Shown: piece after piece, positions 17,675 to 25,476 of the stretch
Layout: each line of letters starts with the position of its first letter
How positions within the stretch are numbered: the first letter of the stretch is position 1
Assembly (NCBI GenBank): GCA_018650745.1
Contig: JABIFK010000871.1
Span: forward strand, 1-25,476
DNA: 25,476 bases
DNA from: Candidatus Latescibacterota bacterium
Lineage (GTDB): Bacteria > Latescibacterota > UBA2968
Direction: 5' to 3'
Notes under the pieces: generated by a model
Told to the model about the DNA's origin: nothing
What the model saw: the letters and a program-made list of their open reading frames with translations, nothing else
Database searches by the model: none
Translations under genes and position numbers: made by a program

Positions 17675-18765
17675 GCAGTTTTACCACTGGTTAAGAATGT
17701 GTGTAGCTGTTCTGTGCTTAAACCTTTTATGCCCAATTCGGGTAAACTGCGCCCATTTGTCCAGCCATCAAAGCCCATGACAACAGATCCCATGTTGACG
17801 AGCGATTGCATAAGGGGTGCAGCAACGCCGTATTGCTTGCCTATGTCGTGCCAGGCAGACAAGCCGTAGGGAATGTCTTCGGTGAGCCAGCGGCTTTCGA
17901 GTGAGCCGGGTGCTTTGAGTTGGGTGAGCATTCGGCTGCCATTGATGGTGGCCCACAAATCTCCTTTGGGACCAAAACCTGCATTGTGAAAGGCCTCGTT
18001 TGCAGGTGGCAGTGTGTAACCGAGTGCTTGAGCAATGGCGCGACGTTCGGCATCTACGGCCATGATCACATTGGCCACGGTGGGCGAAACGCCTTCTTCG
18101 TAAAAGTAAAATTCGCCGTGCGCATATTCGACACGGCCTGCATTCATGAGTACCCCAGCGGGATGAACCACAGGGTTCATGGCGGCCAAACCACTGGCCA
18201 TGACGGTGGGGTAGGTTTGAATGCCGGGGAAGAGCGGGTCGAGCAGGTTTTGTACACGCTCGGTTTGGGATGTGGGCAACACGCCCAGACCCAAGCTGGT
18301 GACCGTTCCCCAAATGGTGGCGGTATCAGGTGCTGTTTTGCGACACACATAGGGTGCGGTGTCTACTTCGGCCAAGGTGGGTATTGCACCGCCTTGTTCA
18401 CGAAGCAAGGTGGCCCATTCGAGGGAGCCCAATGTGCCGGGCATGAGTACCACTGTATGGTCTGTTGTTAGATGGGATGCGCAGGCCAATGCAAAGGATT
18501 TGTGTGCATAGGCGGGCACGATGAGCAAGATCAGGTTTGAGGCATTGAGCGCCACTTTGATATCGGTGGTGATGCGATGAATTTTGGCCGTGCCTGTTTC
18601 TTCTGTGCCTAAGAGGTGAATGATGCTGTTGTCTTGAACAGGTTCGAGCATGTGTTCAAAGCCTGGGATTTCATACAGGGTAATGTCGAAACCTTTGAGC
18701 GTTAGGTTGGCTGCAGTGGCAAATGCGGTGTTGCCGCCGCCGAGAATGGTGGCTGTGCTGGGCAT
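17671..18765 (-). CDS. NAD/NADP-dependent opine (octopine/nopaline) dehydrogenase family protein
   Basis: Rossmann motif ILGGGNTAFATAANL..KG..ITLYE plus family motifs NPVVHPAGVLMNAGRVE, FYFYEEGVSP and RWLTEDIPYGL. SD AAGGA. Confidence 0.9.
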   Translation of the reverse strand: MPSTATILGGGNTAFATAANLTLKGFDITLYEIPGFEHMLEPVQDNSIIHLLGTEETGTAKIHRITTDIKVALNASNLILLIVPAYAHKSFALACASHLTTDHTVVLMPGTLGSLEWATLLREQGGAIPTLAEVDTAPYVCRKTAPDTATIWGTVTSLGLGVLPTSQTERVQNLLDPLFPGIQTYPTVMASGLAAMNPVVHPAGVLMNAGRVEYAHGEFYFYEEGVSPTVANVIMAVDAERRAIAQALGYTLPPANEAFHNAGFGPKGDLWATINGSRMLTQLKAPGSLESRWLTEDIPYGLSAWHDIGKQYGVAAPLMQSLVNMGSVVMGFDGWTNGRSLPELGIKGLSTEQLHTFLTSGKTA

Positions 18766-18780
18766 GGGGTGTCCTTAAAG

Positions 18781-18808
18781 GAAAAAGGAAAAAGGAAAAA
18801 GTGAAAGG
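18781..18808. repeat. Intergenic heptamer tandem repeat (GAAAAAG)x3 plus a degenerate unit
   Basis: GAAAAAG GAAAAAG GAAAAAG TGAAAGG. It forms a pyrimidine-rich tract just 5' of the opine dehydrogenase SD on the transcribed strand. Confidence 0.75.
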
Positions 18809-18851
18809 CAGGAAGCACTTTTTTTTGAATGATCCCGTTCTGTTGATTATT

Positions 18852-19322
18852 CTATTTTGTAATATCGCACAAGATGGCTTGGGTGGCGTGTATGAGATCG
18901 TTGGGTGCAATGATGATTTGGGTGCCGCGTTGGCCTGCGCTTATTGAGATGATGGGCCATTGTTGTGCTGATTGGTCGAGATATACGGGAAGCGGCTTTT
19001 TGGTGCCCAAGGGTGAGACACCGCCTCGGATATATCCGGTGAGGGATTGTACTTCTTTGAGGGCGACCAAATCGGCTTTTTTGCCTCCGGCTACGGCACC
19101 TAGCGTTTTGGTATTGAGTTCTGAATCGCCAGGTATACAGGCCAAGGCGATGTCGCGTTTGCCTGTGCGTGCGACCAGGGTTTTGAATACTTGCTCTGCG
19201 GGCATGTTGATGAGATCGGCAACATGTTCTGCGCTGAGGTTGGACTCTTCAACGGTATACGTCTTAATTTCGTAGCTTATTTTGAGGCGGTCTAAGATAC
19301 GCATGGCATTTGTTTTGGCCAT
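18852..19322 (-). CDS. ybaK: Cys-tRNA(Pro) deacylase, YbaK/EbsC family
   Basis: KTNAMRIL, QVFKTLV, TGYIRGGVSPLGTKK and ISISAGQRG are canonical YbaK motifs. SD AAGGAG. Confidence 0.93.
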   Translation of the reverse strand: MAKTNAMRILDRLKISYEIKTYTVEESNLSAEHVADLINMPAEQVFKTLVARTGKRDIALACIPGDSELNTKTLGAVAGGKKADLVALKEVQSLTGYIRGGVSPLGTKKPLPVYLDQSAQQWPIISISAGQRGTQIIIAPNDLIHATQAILCDITK

Positions 19323-19426
19323 GATTTGCTCCTTATCTTTATACGGTAGAAGATAGGATAAGCTGGCAAAAATGCCAATGGGAAAGACACACTTTTAGGA
19401 TCTAAATTATGAGGTGAATGTATATG

Positions 19427-19465
19427 AAAAAAGCGGCTCTGATTTGGAATCAGAGCCGCTTTTTT
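19427..19465. terminator. Rho-independent terminator (bidirectional shape)
   Basis: AAAAAAGCGGCTCTGATT-TGG-AATCAGAGCCGCTTTTTT, a perfect 18-bp inverted repeat separating the kinase gene from ybaK. Confidence 0.9.
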
Positions 19466-19528
19466 TATCTCTAAATGGCAGGTTCTACTACGGGAGCCTA
19501 TTGGTGTGAAGCTCAAAATGAGATGTTA

Positions 19529-21151
19529 TTAGAGGTTTGCTTGTTTGTTGTCGTAGGCTTGGATGGCTTGTGCAACGAGTGTGGTGATTTTACTTACGGA
19601 ATCGAACGGCTTTTGCAAATGGAAATCAAAGGCCAGATACCGAGGGTCGTCTTTGGACAATTGCCAGCCTGTGATGAGAATCGCACTCACATTAGGAGCC
19701 GTTCGGCGCATTTGAGCAATGACTTGATCGCCGGGTAAGTCGGGCATGCCTAAATCGACGAGTACGACGTCGTAGGTTTTTTTTGAAAACTGCGCCAGAC
19801 CTTTCCTGCCATTGGATTCTGCGTCAACTTGGTGATGAGATGACAATGCGCGGGTTAAAAAGGATCGCACAATGCTTTCGTCTTCAACAATAAGGATATT
19901 GCCTGCTCGCGTAGATCCTATAATATCCTGATCTGCTTTGGCATCGTGCTGTGTCCATATGGGCAAATGAACAATGGCTGTGGTGCCTTTGTTGGGCGTG
20001 CTGTCTAAGTCGAGACGCCCGCCCCAACGTGTGACTGAGGCATATGCACCTGCCATGCCAAGGCCTCTCCCTACTTCTGCTTGGGTTGTGAAAAAGGGTT
20101 CAAAAACACGCCGCTTTGTTTCTTCATTCATGCCACTGCCTGTATCTGAGATGCTAACTTGGACACTTTGATCCGTTGCTTCTGTCGAAAGCGTTATGTG
20201 CCCGCTTTTGGGCATGGCATCAACGGCATTGAATATGAGATTGAGCAACACGCTGTGTAAACCTGCTGCGGTACCACGAATTTTAGGGGTGGCTTGCAGG
20301 TGTGTTCTTATTTCTATTTGGATGCCTTTGGCTTCTGCTTCGTCTTTCCAACGGGGTCGTGCTGCTTCAATGGTTTCTTGAATGGTGTGCACCACATCAA
20401 CCGCGTGTAATTCTTCATTTTCGCCCCGCACGGAAACAGCAAGGCGCTTGACCAAGTCTGCTGCACGTAAAGCTGCTTGTTGTATGACACGTGTTTCATT
20501 TAAGATTTTTTTGTCTTGGGTTTGAAGCTCGATGAGTTGTGCGGGACCTAAAATACCGGTTAAAATGTTGTTGAGGTTGTGGCTGACGCCTTCAGACATC
20601 TCTGCCAGTGCACCTAAGCGTTCAAATTGCACCAATTGGCGTTCCATTTTTTTGCGGTCTTCAATTTCTAATTGGAGTTGTGCGTTGATTTGGGTGAGTT
20701 CTTGTGTGCGTTGGGCTACTTCTTGCTCAAGTTTGGCACGGTAGACACGGTTTTCTTGTGCCAATTTGCGGTGTTGGAGTGCACGTTCGATGCCCACGCG
20801 AAGATCTTTGAAGTCGAGGGGTTTGGTGAGATATTCGTAGACGCCAATGTTTAAAGCTTGGCGTGCTGTTTCTAAATCGGCAAAAGCTGTCATCAGCAAG
20901 ATGGGAATGTCTTTGTCTAAGTTGACGATGTGTTGTGAGAGTTCGAGTCCATCGAGGTCTGGCAATCGCACATCGACAAGGGCAAGGTCAATCTTTTGTG
21001 ATGCCAAGAGATTTATTGCATTATTTGCCTGGCCCGCTTGTACGTGCGTCCAACCTTGTTTGGTCACCCAGCGACCTAAGGCCGCGCAAAGCGTTTGATC
21101 ATCGTCTACGATGAGGATGTGAGGGGGCATGTTGTTGCTAAGTTGTGGCAT
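19529..21151 (-). CDS. Hybrid sensor kinase, REC-HisKA-HATPase-REC (540 aa)
   Basis: N-terminal REC (ILIVDDD, LVDVRLPDLDG, LMTA, YLTKP). H-box GVSHNLNNILTGIL, N-box NLIFNAVDAM, DTGSGM, FEPFFTT, GRGLGM. C-terminal REC (ILIVEDE, LVDLGMPD, LQKP). Confidence 0.95.
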   Translation of the reverse strand: MPQLSNNMPPHILIVDDDQTLCAALGRWVTKQGWTHVQAGQANNAINLLASQKIDLALVDVRLPDLDGLELSQHIVNLDKDIPILLMTAFADLETARQALNIGVYEYLTKPLDFKDLRVGIERALQHRKLAQENRVYRAKLEQEVAQRTQELTQINAQLQLEIEDRKKMERQLVQFERLGALAEMSEGVSHNLNNILTGILGPAQLIELQTQDKKILNETRVIQQAALRAADLVKRLAVSVRGENEELHAVDVVHTIQETIEAARPRWKDEAEAKGIQIEIRTHLQATPKIRGTAAGLHSVLLNLIFNAVDAMPKSGHITLSTEATDQSVQVSISDTGSGMNEETKRRVFEPFFTTQAEVGRGLGMAGAYASVTRWGGRLDLDSTPNKGTTAIVHLPIWTQHDAKADQDIIGSTRAGNILIVEDESIVRSFLTRALSSHHQVDAESNGRKGLAQFSKKTYDVVLVDLGMPDLPGDQVIAQMRRTAPNVSAILITGWQLSKDDPRYLAFDFHLQKPFDSVSKITTLVAQAIQAYDNKQANL

Positions 21152-21231
21152 AGGTCATTCTTGGTGGATGGTAAGTAAGCCTACTGGCTTTTACGGATAT
21201 TTTTGCGAGACTTGTCGTGGAAATGTTTTAT

Positions 21232-21261
21232 ATGATAGTGTGCTCAACTTCTATTTGTCAA
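21232..21261 (-). promoter_or_regulatory. Sigma-70-type promoter for the REC-HK-REC gene
   Basis: Minus-strand TTGACA (21261-21256), 18-nt spacer, TATCAT (21237-21232), about 80 bp upstream of the ATG. Confidence 0.55.
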
Positions 21262-21410
21262 ATACAAATTGATTAGAATGTGTCTTTAATAAACAGTGAT
21301 CAGATCAAAGCTTGCTTAGATGTGTGAAATACCCAAAAGTGTTTTGTTTATACGCCATTGTGGTTTTTTTGTGCATTTAAAAAGGTCGTGTGTACCAAGG
21401 TTGATTATGC

Positions 21411-22862
21411 TTAGGTATTTTGAGAATCCCTTGAATTTTTGAGTGCGAGAGCATCGGTGATAATCTGGCGAAACATGTCTAAATCGTGAAAGGGTTTTTG
21501 AACAAAGAAGTCAAATGGGGTGCGTCGTGAATCATTGGGAAGAAGTTCCCACCCCGAAATGAGAATGGTGACCAGGTTGGGGTCTTTTTGGCGAAACTGT
21601 TGTGCCAATTGGTCGCCGGGCATATGGGGCAACCCGAGGTCTGTAATGAGAATGTCGTATTTATTTGGCTCAAAGATTTCTAAAGCTTTGGGACTGGATG
21701 ATGCGGTATCGATGTTGTGTGATGACAGAACACGATTTAACACCTGGGCAACAACTTTTTCGTCTTCTACTATGAGAATGCGTCCGACCTGGTCTGATTT
21801 TGTGGTCGTTGGGGTTGCATATTCTATTTGATCTTTTTCCCAAATGGCAAAATCCAATGTAAATGTGGTGCCTTGACCTTGTGTGCTTGCTACATCGATG
21901 CTTCCGTTCCAGCGTGTGATGGTTCCGTAAACAGTGGACAAACCTAAGCCCGTGCCGATTTGTTCTTTGGTTGTAAAAAAAGGATCAAAAATGCGTCTTT
22001 GTGTGGCCATTGACATGCCTGTGCCCGTGTCACTAAAGAGCAAACGCACACAATCTTGTGTTTGGAGCGTTGTGAGAGAGATGCGTCCGCCATTGGGCAT
22101 GGCGTCAACGGCATTAAAAATAAGATTGATGATGATGTCATATAAGCCAGATTGGGTGCCTTGTAAGGGGGGGATCTCTGCCAAATGTTGGTTGATTTGA
22201 ATATGAATGCCTTTGGTTTCGGGTGCATCTTTCCAACGCGGACGTGTGGCTTGGACCGCCTCTTGAATGGCTTGGTTAAGGTCCGTTGATTCCTGAGCTT
22301 CGGTATCTGTGCGCCATCCTTGGTTGAGACGGCTGACAATGTCACGGGCTCGGAGGCCGGCTGTTAAAATGGTATCAATGTCTTCACCGATTTGCGCGTC
22401 TTTGTTTGTGATCTGTAACATTTGCGCAGGCCCTAAAATGCCTGTGAGAATGTTGTTGAGGTTATGACTGATGCCTGCGGCCATTTCACCCAAGGCGCGT
22501 AAACGCTGGGTGCGTTCGCGCTCGGTTTGTATTTGTTTGCTTTCTGTGATGTCTTGGACAATGCCCATGAGACTGGTTATTTGGCCTTCTGAGTTGTAAA
22601 TGGCTTTGGACTGGCCATACAAATATACAATATCGCCGCTTGGCCGAATCATGCGAAATTCACTACCACCTGGCGTGCCTGTTTCCAAATAATCACGGGT
22701 TCTGTCTTGTATCATTTGTTTGTCGTCGGGGTGAATCAGTTCCATAACACGATTCAGAGTTGTGGATTTTTCTGTAGGATCGAGCCCGTAGATTTTGCAC
22801 AGTTCATTTGAAAGTGTTATGTGGTTTGTTTTTATATCAAAAACCCAGTTGCCGATATTCAC
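21411..22862 (-). CDS. PAS-HisKA-HATPase-REC hybrid kinase; probably the 3' part of a split gene
   Basis: Begins mid-motif (NIGNWVFD, usually part of AQ.IA.IG.W.WD). PAS/PAC ending GIVQDITESKQ, H-box GISHNLNNILTGIL, complete ATPase boxes and REC. Same frame as the ORF at 22944-24656. Confidence 0.85.
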   Translation of the reverse strand: MNIGNWVFDIKTNHITLSNELCKIYGLDPTEKSTTLNRVMELIHPDDKQMIQDRTRDYLETGTPGGSEFRMIRPSGDIVYLYGQSKAIYNSEGQITSLMGIVQDITESKQIQTERERTQRLRALGEMAAGISHNLNNILTGILGPAQMLQITNKDAQIGEDIDTILTAGLRARDIVSRLNQGWRTDTEAQESTDLNQAIQEAVQATRPRWKDAPETKGIHIQINQHLAEIPPLQGTQSGLYDIIINLIFNAVDAMPNGGRISLTTLQTQDCVRLLFSDTGTGMSMATQRRIFDPFFTTKEQIGTGLGLSTVYGTITRWNGSIDVASTQGQGTTFTLDFAIWEKDQIEYATPTTTKSDQVGRILIVEDEKVVAQVLNRVLSSHNIDTASSSPKALEIFEPNKYDILITDLGLPHMPGDQLAQQFRQKDPNLVTILISGWELLPNDSRRTPFDFFVQKPFHDLDMFRQIITDALALKNSRDSQNT

Positions 22863-22870
22863 TTTGCTGT

Positions 22871-22940
22871 CCAGGAAGCTGCAGACAACCGTTTTGACAT
22901 CGCCTCCAGGAAGCTGCAGACAACCGTTTTGACATCGCCT
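22871..22940. repeat. Perfect 35-bp tandem duplication
   Basis: CCAGGAAGCTGCAGACAACCGTTTTGACATCGCCT at 22871-22905 and 22906-22940, identical and with no spacer. Confidence 0.97.
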
Positions 22941-22943
22941 GCT

Positions 22944-24656
22944 TCATTCTTTTGTACTTGTTTCTATTATGTTTTGAAATACAGTTTCTTCTCTAACGGA
23001 GAACGCTTTTGGCAGAACACTGTGTATGCTGAGTATGCCGCGTGAAAATGGAATGTCTATGAGACTTTGTATGGGATGGTTGTTGAACCGCAAGCGGATC
23101 GCGTTTGCAGTCGTAGGGTTTTCTTTGTCAAGATCATCAATGAGAACAGTGTTTAGCGTTTGCAATTGGTTTGTCAGTTCGTTTTTTTCTGGGAACCATT
23201 CTTGCATTTGAGACGGGCGCGTATTTTTTGTTGGCGACTGTTTTATGGGGCCGTTTTGATCTACCCTAAATGATTCTATAATGCCTTGTGTTTGGTCAAC
23301 CATACGGTGAATTGCCAATGTACATAGATCGGGTTTCCATTTTTGGATTTCAATGAGGCAAGTATGCATGACGTGATGAAGGTCACTTTCTTGCTTCATT
23401 TCTTGCACCGTGTTTCTGATTTTGAGGTTGATTTCTTGAATGAGTGCGTGTTCTTTAGATTCTTGGTGCAATTGTGCGTGCTTGAGGGCAATGGCCACGT
23501 GATTTAGGAAGGGTTCTAAAAGACGGATGCGATTTAATATGATGTCTTTTTGATCTGGTGGACATCCTGTTGCCAATACTGCCAAGGTTTGATCTTCGAA
23601 TTTTACGGGAATAAAAAAAGCAATTTTATTTTTCCAGGGCTCGAATGGCGGTTTGGGTGGATCAAGGCGTGGGTCATCAGGTGAATCGATGATTTGTAAT
23701 TGACCTGTTTTGACAACCAAAGGCAATATTTTTTGTGTGTCAGAAAGGTTATAAGTGGCTAATTCGCCAGATTGGTGCTGTATGCCTTCATTTGATGGGA
23801 AGGCATTGCGGACACCCTGCATCGTTTGTTTATGGTAATTGACCAAAGAAATGACAAGTGAACGAAAGTATTTTTGGATAACAATATGCTCTATGAGCGC
23901 GTCAAGCAATTGGTCTATGTCTAATGTGTTGAGGAGGGCCTGGTCGATTTTTTGGAAGGCATCAAGTGATTGGTCTTTTTCTTCTATGTCTTGTTGTTGT
24001 GTCTTGACTTGTGCTTCGAGTTGGCGGGTTTGTTGCTGGAGTTGTTCGTCGTTTTGGTTATAGCGGATGGCCACGGCCAATTGTCCCATAATGGGTCGAA
24101 ACATTTCGATGCGGTTGAGCGTTTCTTGTTTTTCTTGTTTCTGGCTCCCTGTGGCCAATATGGCAATGACATCTTTATTTTGGGAAATAGGTATGAAATA
24201 TGAAACTTTGTTTTCGTGGCCTTTGATATGCTGTTCTTGAGAGATGCTTTTATCGATGGCAAAACGATCATCCCACCCTTCAATGACCGTCATTTGATTG
24301 GTGCGTGCCACAACACCCACAATGTTTTCTGTGTTTAATGGCAAGATAGAAATATCTTTGTTGAGTTGTCCGTCGCGATGTATGCTGCGTACAACTTGGA
24401 TGTTTTGAGCAGAGTTATCAACCAACATAATGGTTAAACTACGAAACAGATTTGTTGCGATGATTTCATTTGTCAATGCGTCGAGAATGTCGTTCAGATT
24501 GGTGTGCGATAAGATGATGGAACTGATGTTTGCAACCGTTCCAAGTAGCGTGTGCTCACCGGGGTCTGGTTGTGCAGATGCATTCGGTTCTATTTTTTTA
24601 CGAAGTGTCTGCAATTCGTCGATTAACTGTTGTTTTGTTTTTTTAGTGTCGCTCAT
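22944..24656 (-). CDS. Multi-GAF sensory protein; probably the 5' part of a split hybrid kinase
   Basis: SD AGAGG before ATG 24656 (MSDTKKTKQQLIDELQTLR, a common sensor-kinase N-terminal helix; the track extends to 24707). Two clearly homologous GAF-like domains (FRSL...FIP...LATG...LNRI) and a third ending GILSIHSVLPKAFS. Ends at a TGA in frame with the downstream kinase ORF. Confidence 0.8.
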   Translation of the reverse strand: MSDTKKTKQQLIDELQTLRKKIEPNASAQPDPGEHTLLGTVANISSIILSHTNLNDILDALTNEIIATNLFRSLTIMLVDNSAQNIQVVRSIHRDGQLNKDISILPLNTENIVGVVARTNQMTVIEGWDDRFAIDKSISQEQHIKGHENKVSYFIPISQNKDVIAILATGSQKQEKQETLNRIEMFRPIMGQLAVAIRYNQNDEQLQQQTRQLEAQVKTQQQDIEEKDQSLDAFQKIDQALLNTLDIDQLLDALIEHIVIQKYFRSLVISLVNYHKQTMQGVRNAFPSNEGIQHQSGELATYNLSDTQKILPLVVKTGQLQIIDSPDDPRLDPPKPPFEPWKNKIAFFIPVKFEDQTLAVLATGCPPDQKDIILNRIRLLEPFLNHVAIALKHAQLHQESKEHALIQEINLKIRNTVQEMKQESDLHHVMHTCLIEIQKWKPDLCTLAIHRMVDQTQGIIESFRVDQNGPIKQSPTKNTRPSQMQEWFPEKNELTNQLQTLNTVLIDDLDKENPTTANAIRLRFNNHPIQSLIDIPFSRGILSIHSVLPKAFSVREETVFQNIIETSTKE

Positions 24657-24840
24657 GTTTACCTCTATAAAAAAGGTCGTGCCTTTAGGACATTGTTCCA
24701 ACAGCATATCATGTCGTATTTATTTTGGCTTGTCAATGTGCAATGTTTTGGCTTGCTCTGAATGGATGGACACTTATATTGGCATTTATTCAAAAAGCAA
24801 TAGGGTGAACAGTTTTTAAGAAACGAATAGCGTCGAAAAT

Positions 24841-24916
24841 GTAAGTGTGTTATTTACAATGACTTATGAATTTCAATGCAATTTTGTAAGTTATTGTAAA
24901 TTTGTGACTTACAAAA
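24841..24916. promoter_or_regulatory. Pair of inverted TAAGT-N15-ACTTA elements in a divergent promoter region
   Basis: TAAGT(24842-46)-N15-ACTTA(24862-66) and TAAGT(24887-91)-N15-ACTTA(24907-11). The second is an imperfect reverse complement of the first and overlaps a possible -35 (TTGTGA-17-TAGTAT, 24902-24930). Confidence 0.5.
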
Positions 24917-24948
24917 ACTGTTCATAGTATTGCAAAAAGGAGAGGATC

Positions 24949-25476
24949 ATGAAAGTATATCGTGTGGCCATTATTGGCTTGGGGCGTATGGGCAGTACAA
25001 TTGATGAAGAAGTTGTGGATTATCCGGCAGTGGCATTGCCGTATTCGATTGCAGCGTGTTGTGCACACAGCGATCGGTTGGAATTGGTTGCAGGTGCAGA
25101 TTTATTGGCTGAGAAGCGGGAGGCTTTTGGTGCTAAGTGGGGAACGAAGGCGTTGTATGAAGATTATGTGACAATGATTGAGAATGAAAAGCCTGATTTG
25201 GTGGCAGTGTGCACACGAGGCGAAAACCATGCAGATCTGGGTGTGGCAGTGGCTGAATTGGGTGTGCCGATGCTGTATTTGGAAAAAGCGATGGCGTGTT
25301 CGATGGCTGAGGCCGATTTGGTGCGTGATGCCTGTTTGAAGAATAATACTGTATTTAACACGGGTGTGTTGCGACGCTTTGATGTGCGATACCGAGTAAT
25401 AAGAGAGGCCATTGAACGTGGCGATGTGGGGGAACCCATTGCGGCGGTACATTATGCAGCGACCAACTTGTTACAC
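24949..25476 (+). CDS. Gfo/Idh/MocA family oxidoreductase, 5' part (runs off the window; absent from the ORF track)
   Basis: Hand translation MKVYRVAIIGLGRMG...LVAGADL...YEDYVTMIENEKPDLVAVCTRGENHA...LYLEKAMACSMAEAD...RRFD shows a Rossmann GxGxxG and an EKP-like motif (EKA). SD AAGGAGAGG. 176 codons open to the window end. Confidence 0.92.
   Translation, partial: MKVYRVAIIGLGRMGSTIDEEVVDYPAVALPYSIAACCAHSDRLELVAGADLLAEKREAFGAKWGTKALYEDYVTMIENEKPDLVAVCTRGENHADLGVAVAELGVPMLYLEKAMACSMAEADLVRDACLKNNTVFNTGVLRRFDVRYRVIREAIERGDVGEPIAAVHYAATNLLH

Noticed and set aside
22871-22940. 35-bp repeat as a CRISPR array
   Set aside because: Only two directly abutting copies, no spacer, no cas genes, and the unit encodes a PAS-like peptide.
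22900-22946. Selenocysteine insertion or TGA reassignment at the in-frame TGA of the split kinase
   Set aside because: A weak hairpin follows the UGA, but its apical loop (CAAA) lacks the G expected of a bacterial SECIS. The residues after the stop are out-of-frame PAS sequence, and TGA is a normal stop for several other genes here (992, 2198, 6642, 17671).
3195-25452. Numerous 60-180 aa ORFs overlapping or antisense to the long genes
   Set aside because: They are shadow frames of well-supported CDSs, with no SD sites or recognisable motifs.

Overview
Bacterial genomic window with a G/T-rich + strand and no rRNA, tRNA, CRISPR array or mobile element that I can support. Left to right: the 3' end of an OmpA/MotB-like gene; an apparent operon of two microproteins (60 and 61 aa) plus a TauE-fold membrane protein whose motifs match the C-terminal domain of the magnetosome protein MamO (MamO-Cter); a PAS-HisKA protein lacking the ATPase domain; a 57-aa ORF missed by the ORF track; a tripartite RND efflux operon (OMF-MFP-AcrB-like); a DUF3221-like lipoprotein behind a consensus sigma-54 promoter; a DUF5916/CBM9-like outer-membrane protein divergent from an unknown membrane-anchored protein; ybaK, an opine dehydrogenase and an MFS-HEAT fusion; two paralogous hybrid histidine kinases, one split by an in-frame TGA next to a 35-bp tandem duplication; and the 5' part of a Gfo/Idh/MocA oxidoreductase. 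The best lead is the MamO-Cter-like operon at 810-2198, which may be an edge or satellite of a magnetosome gene cluster of the deep-branching (non-alphaproteobacterial) type. The gene mix is reminiscent of Latescibacterota-like marine bacteria, but that is an unverified impression. All family calls come from motif recognition by eye; no searches were run.
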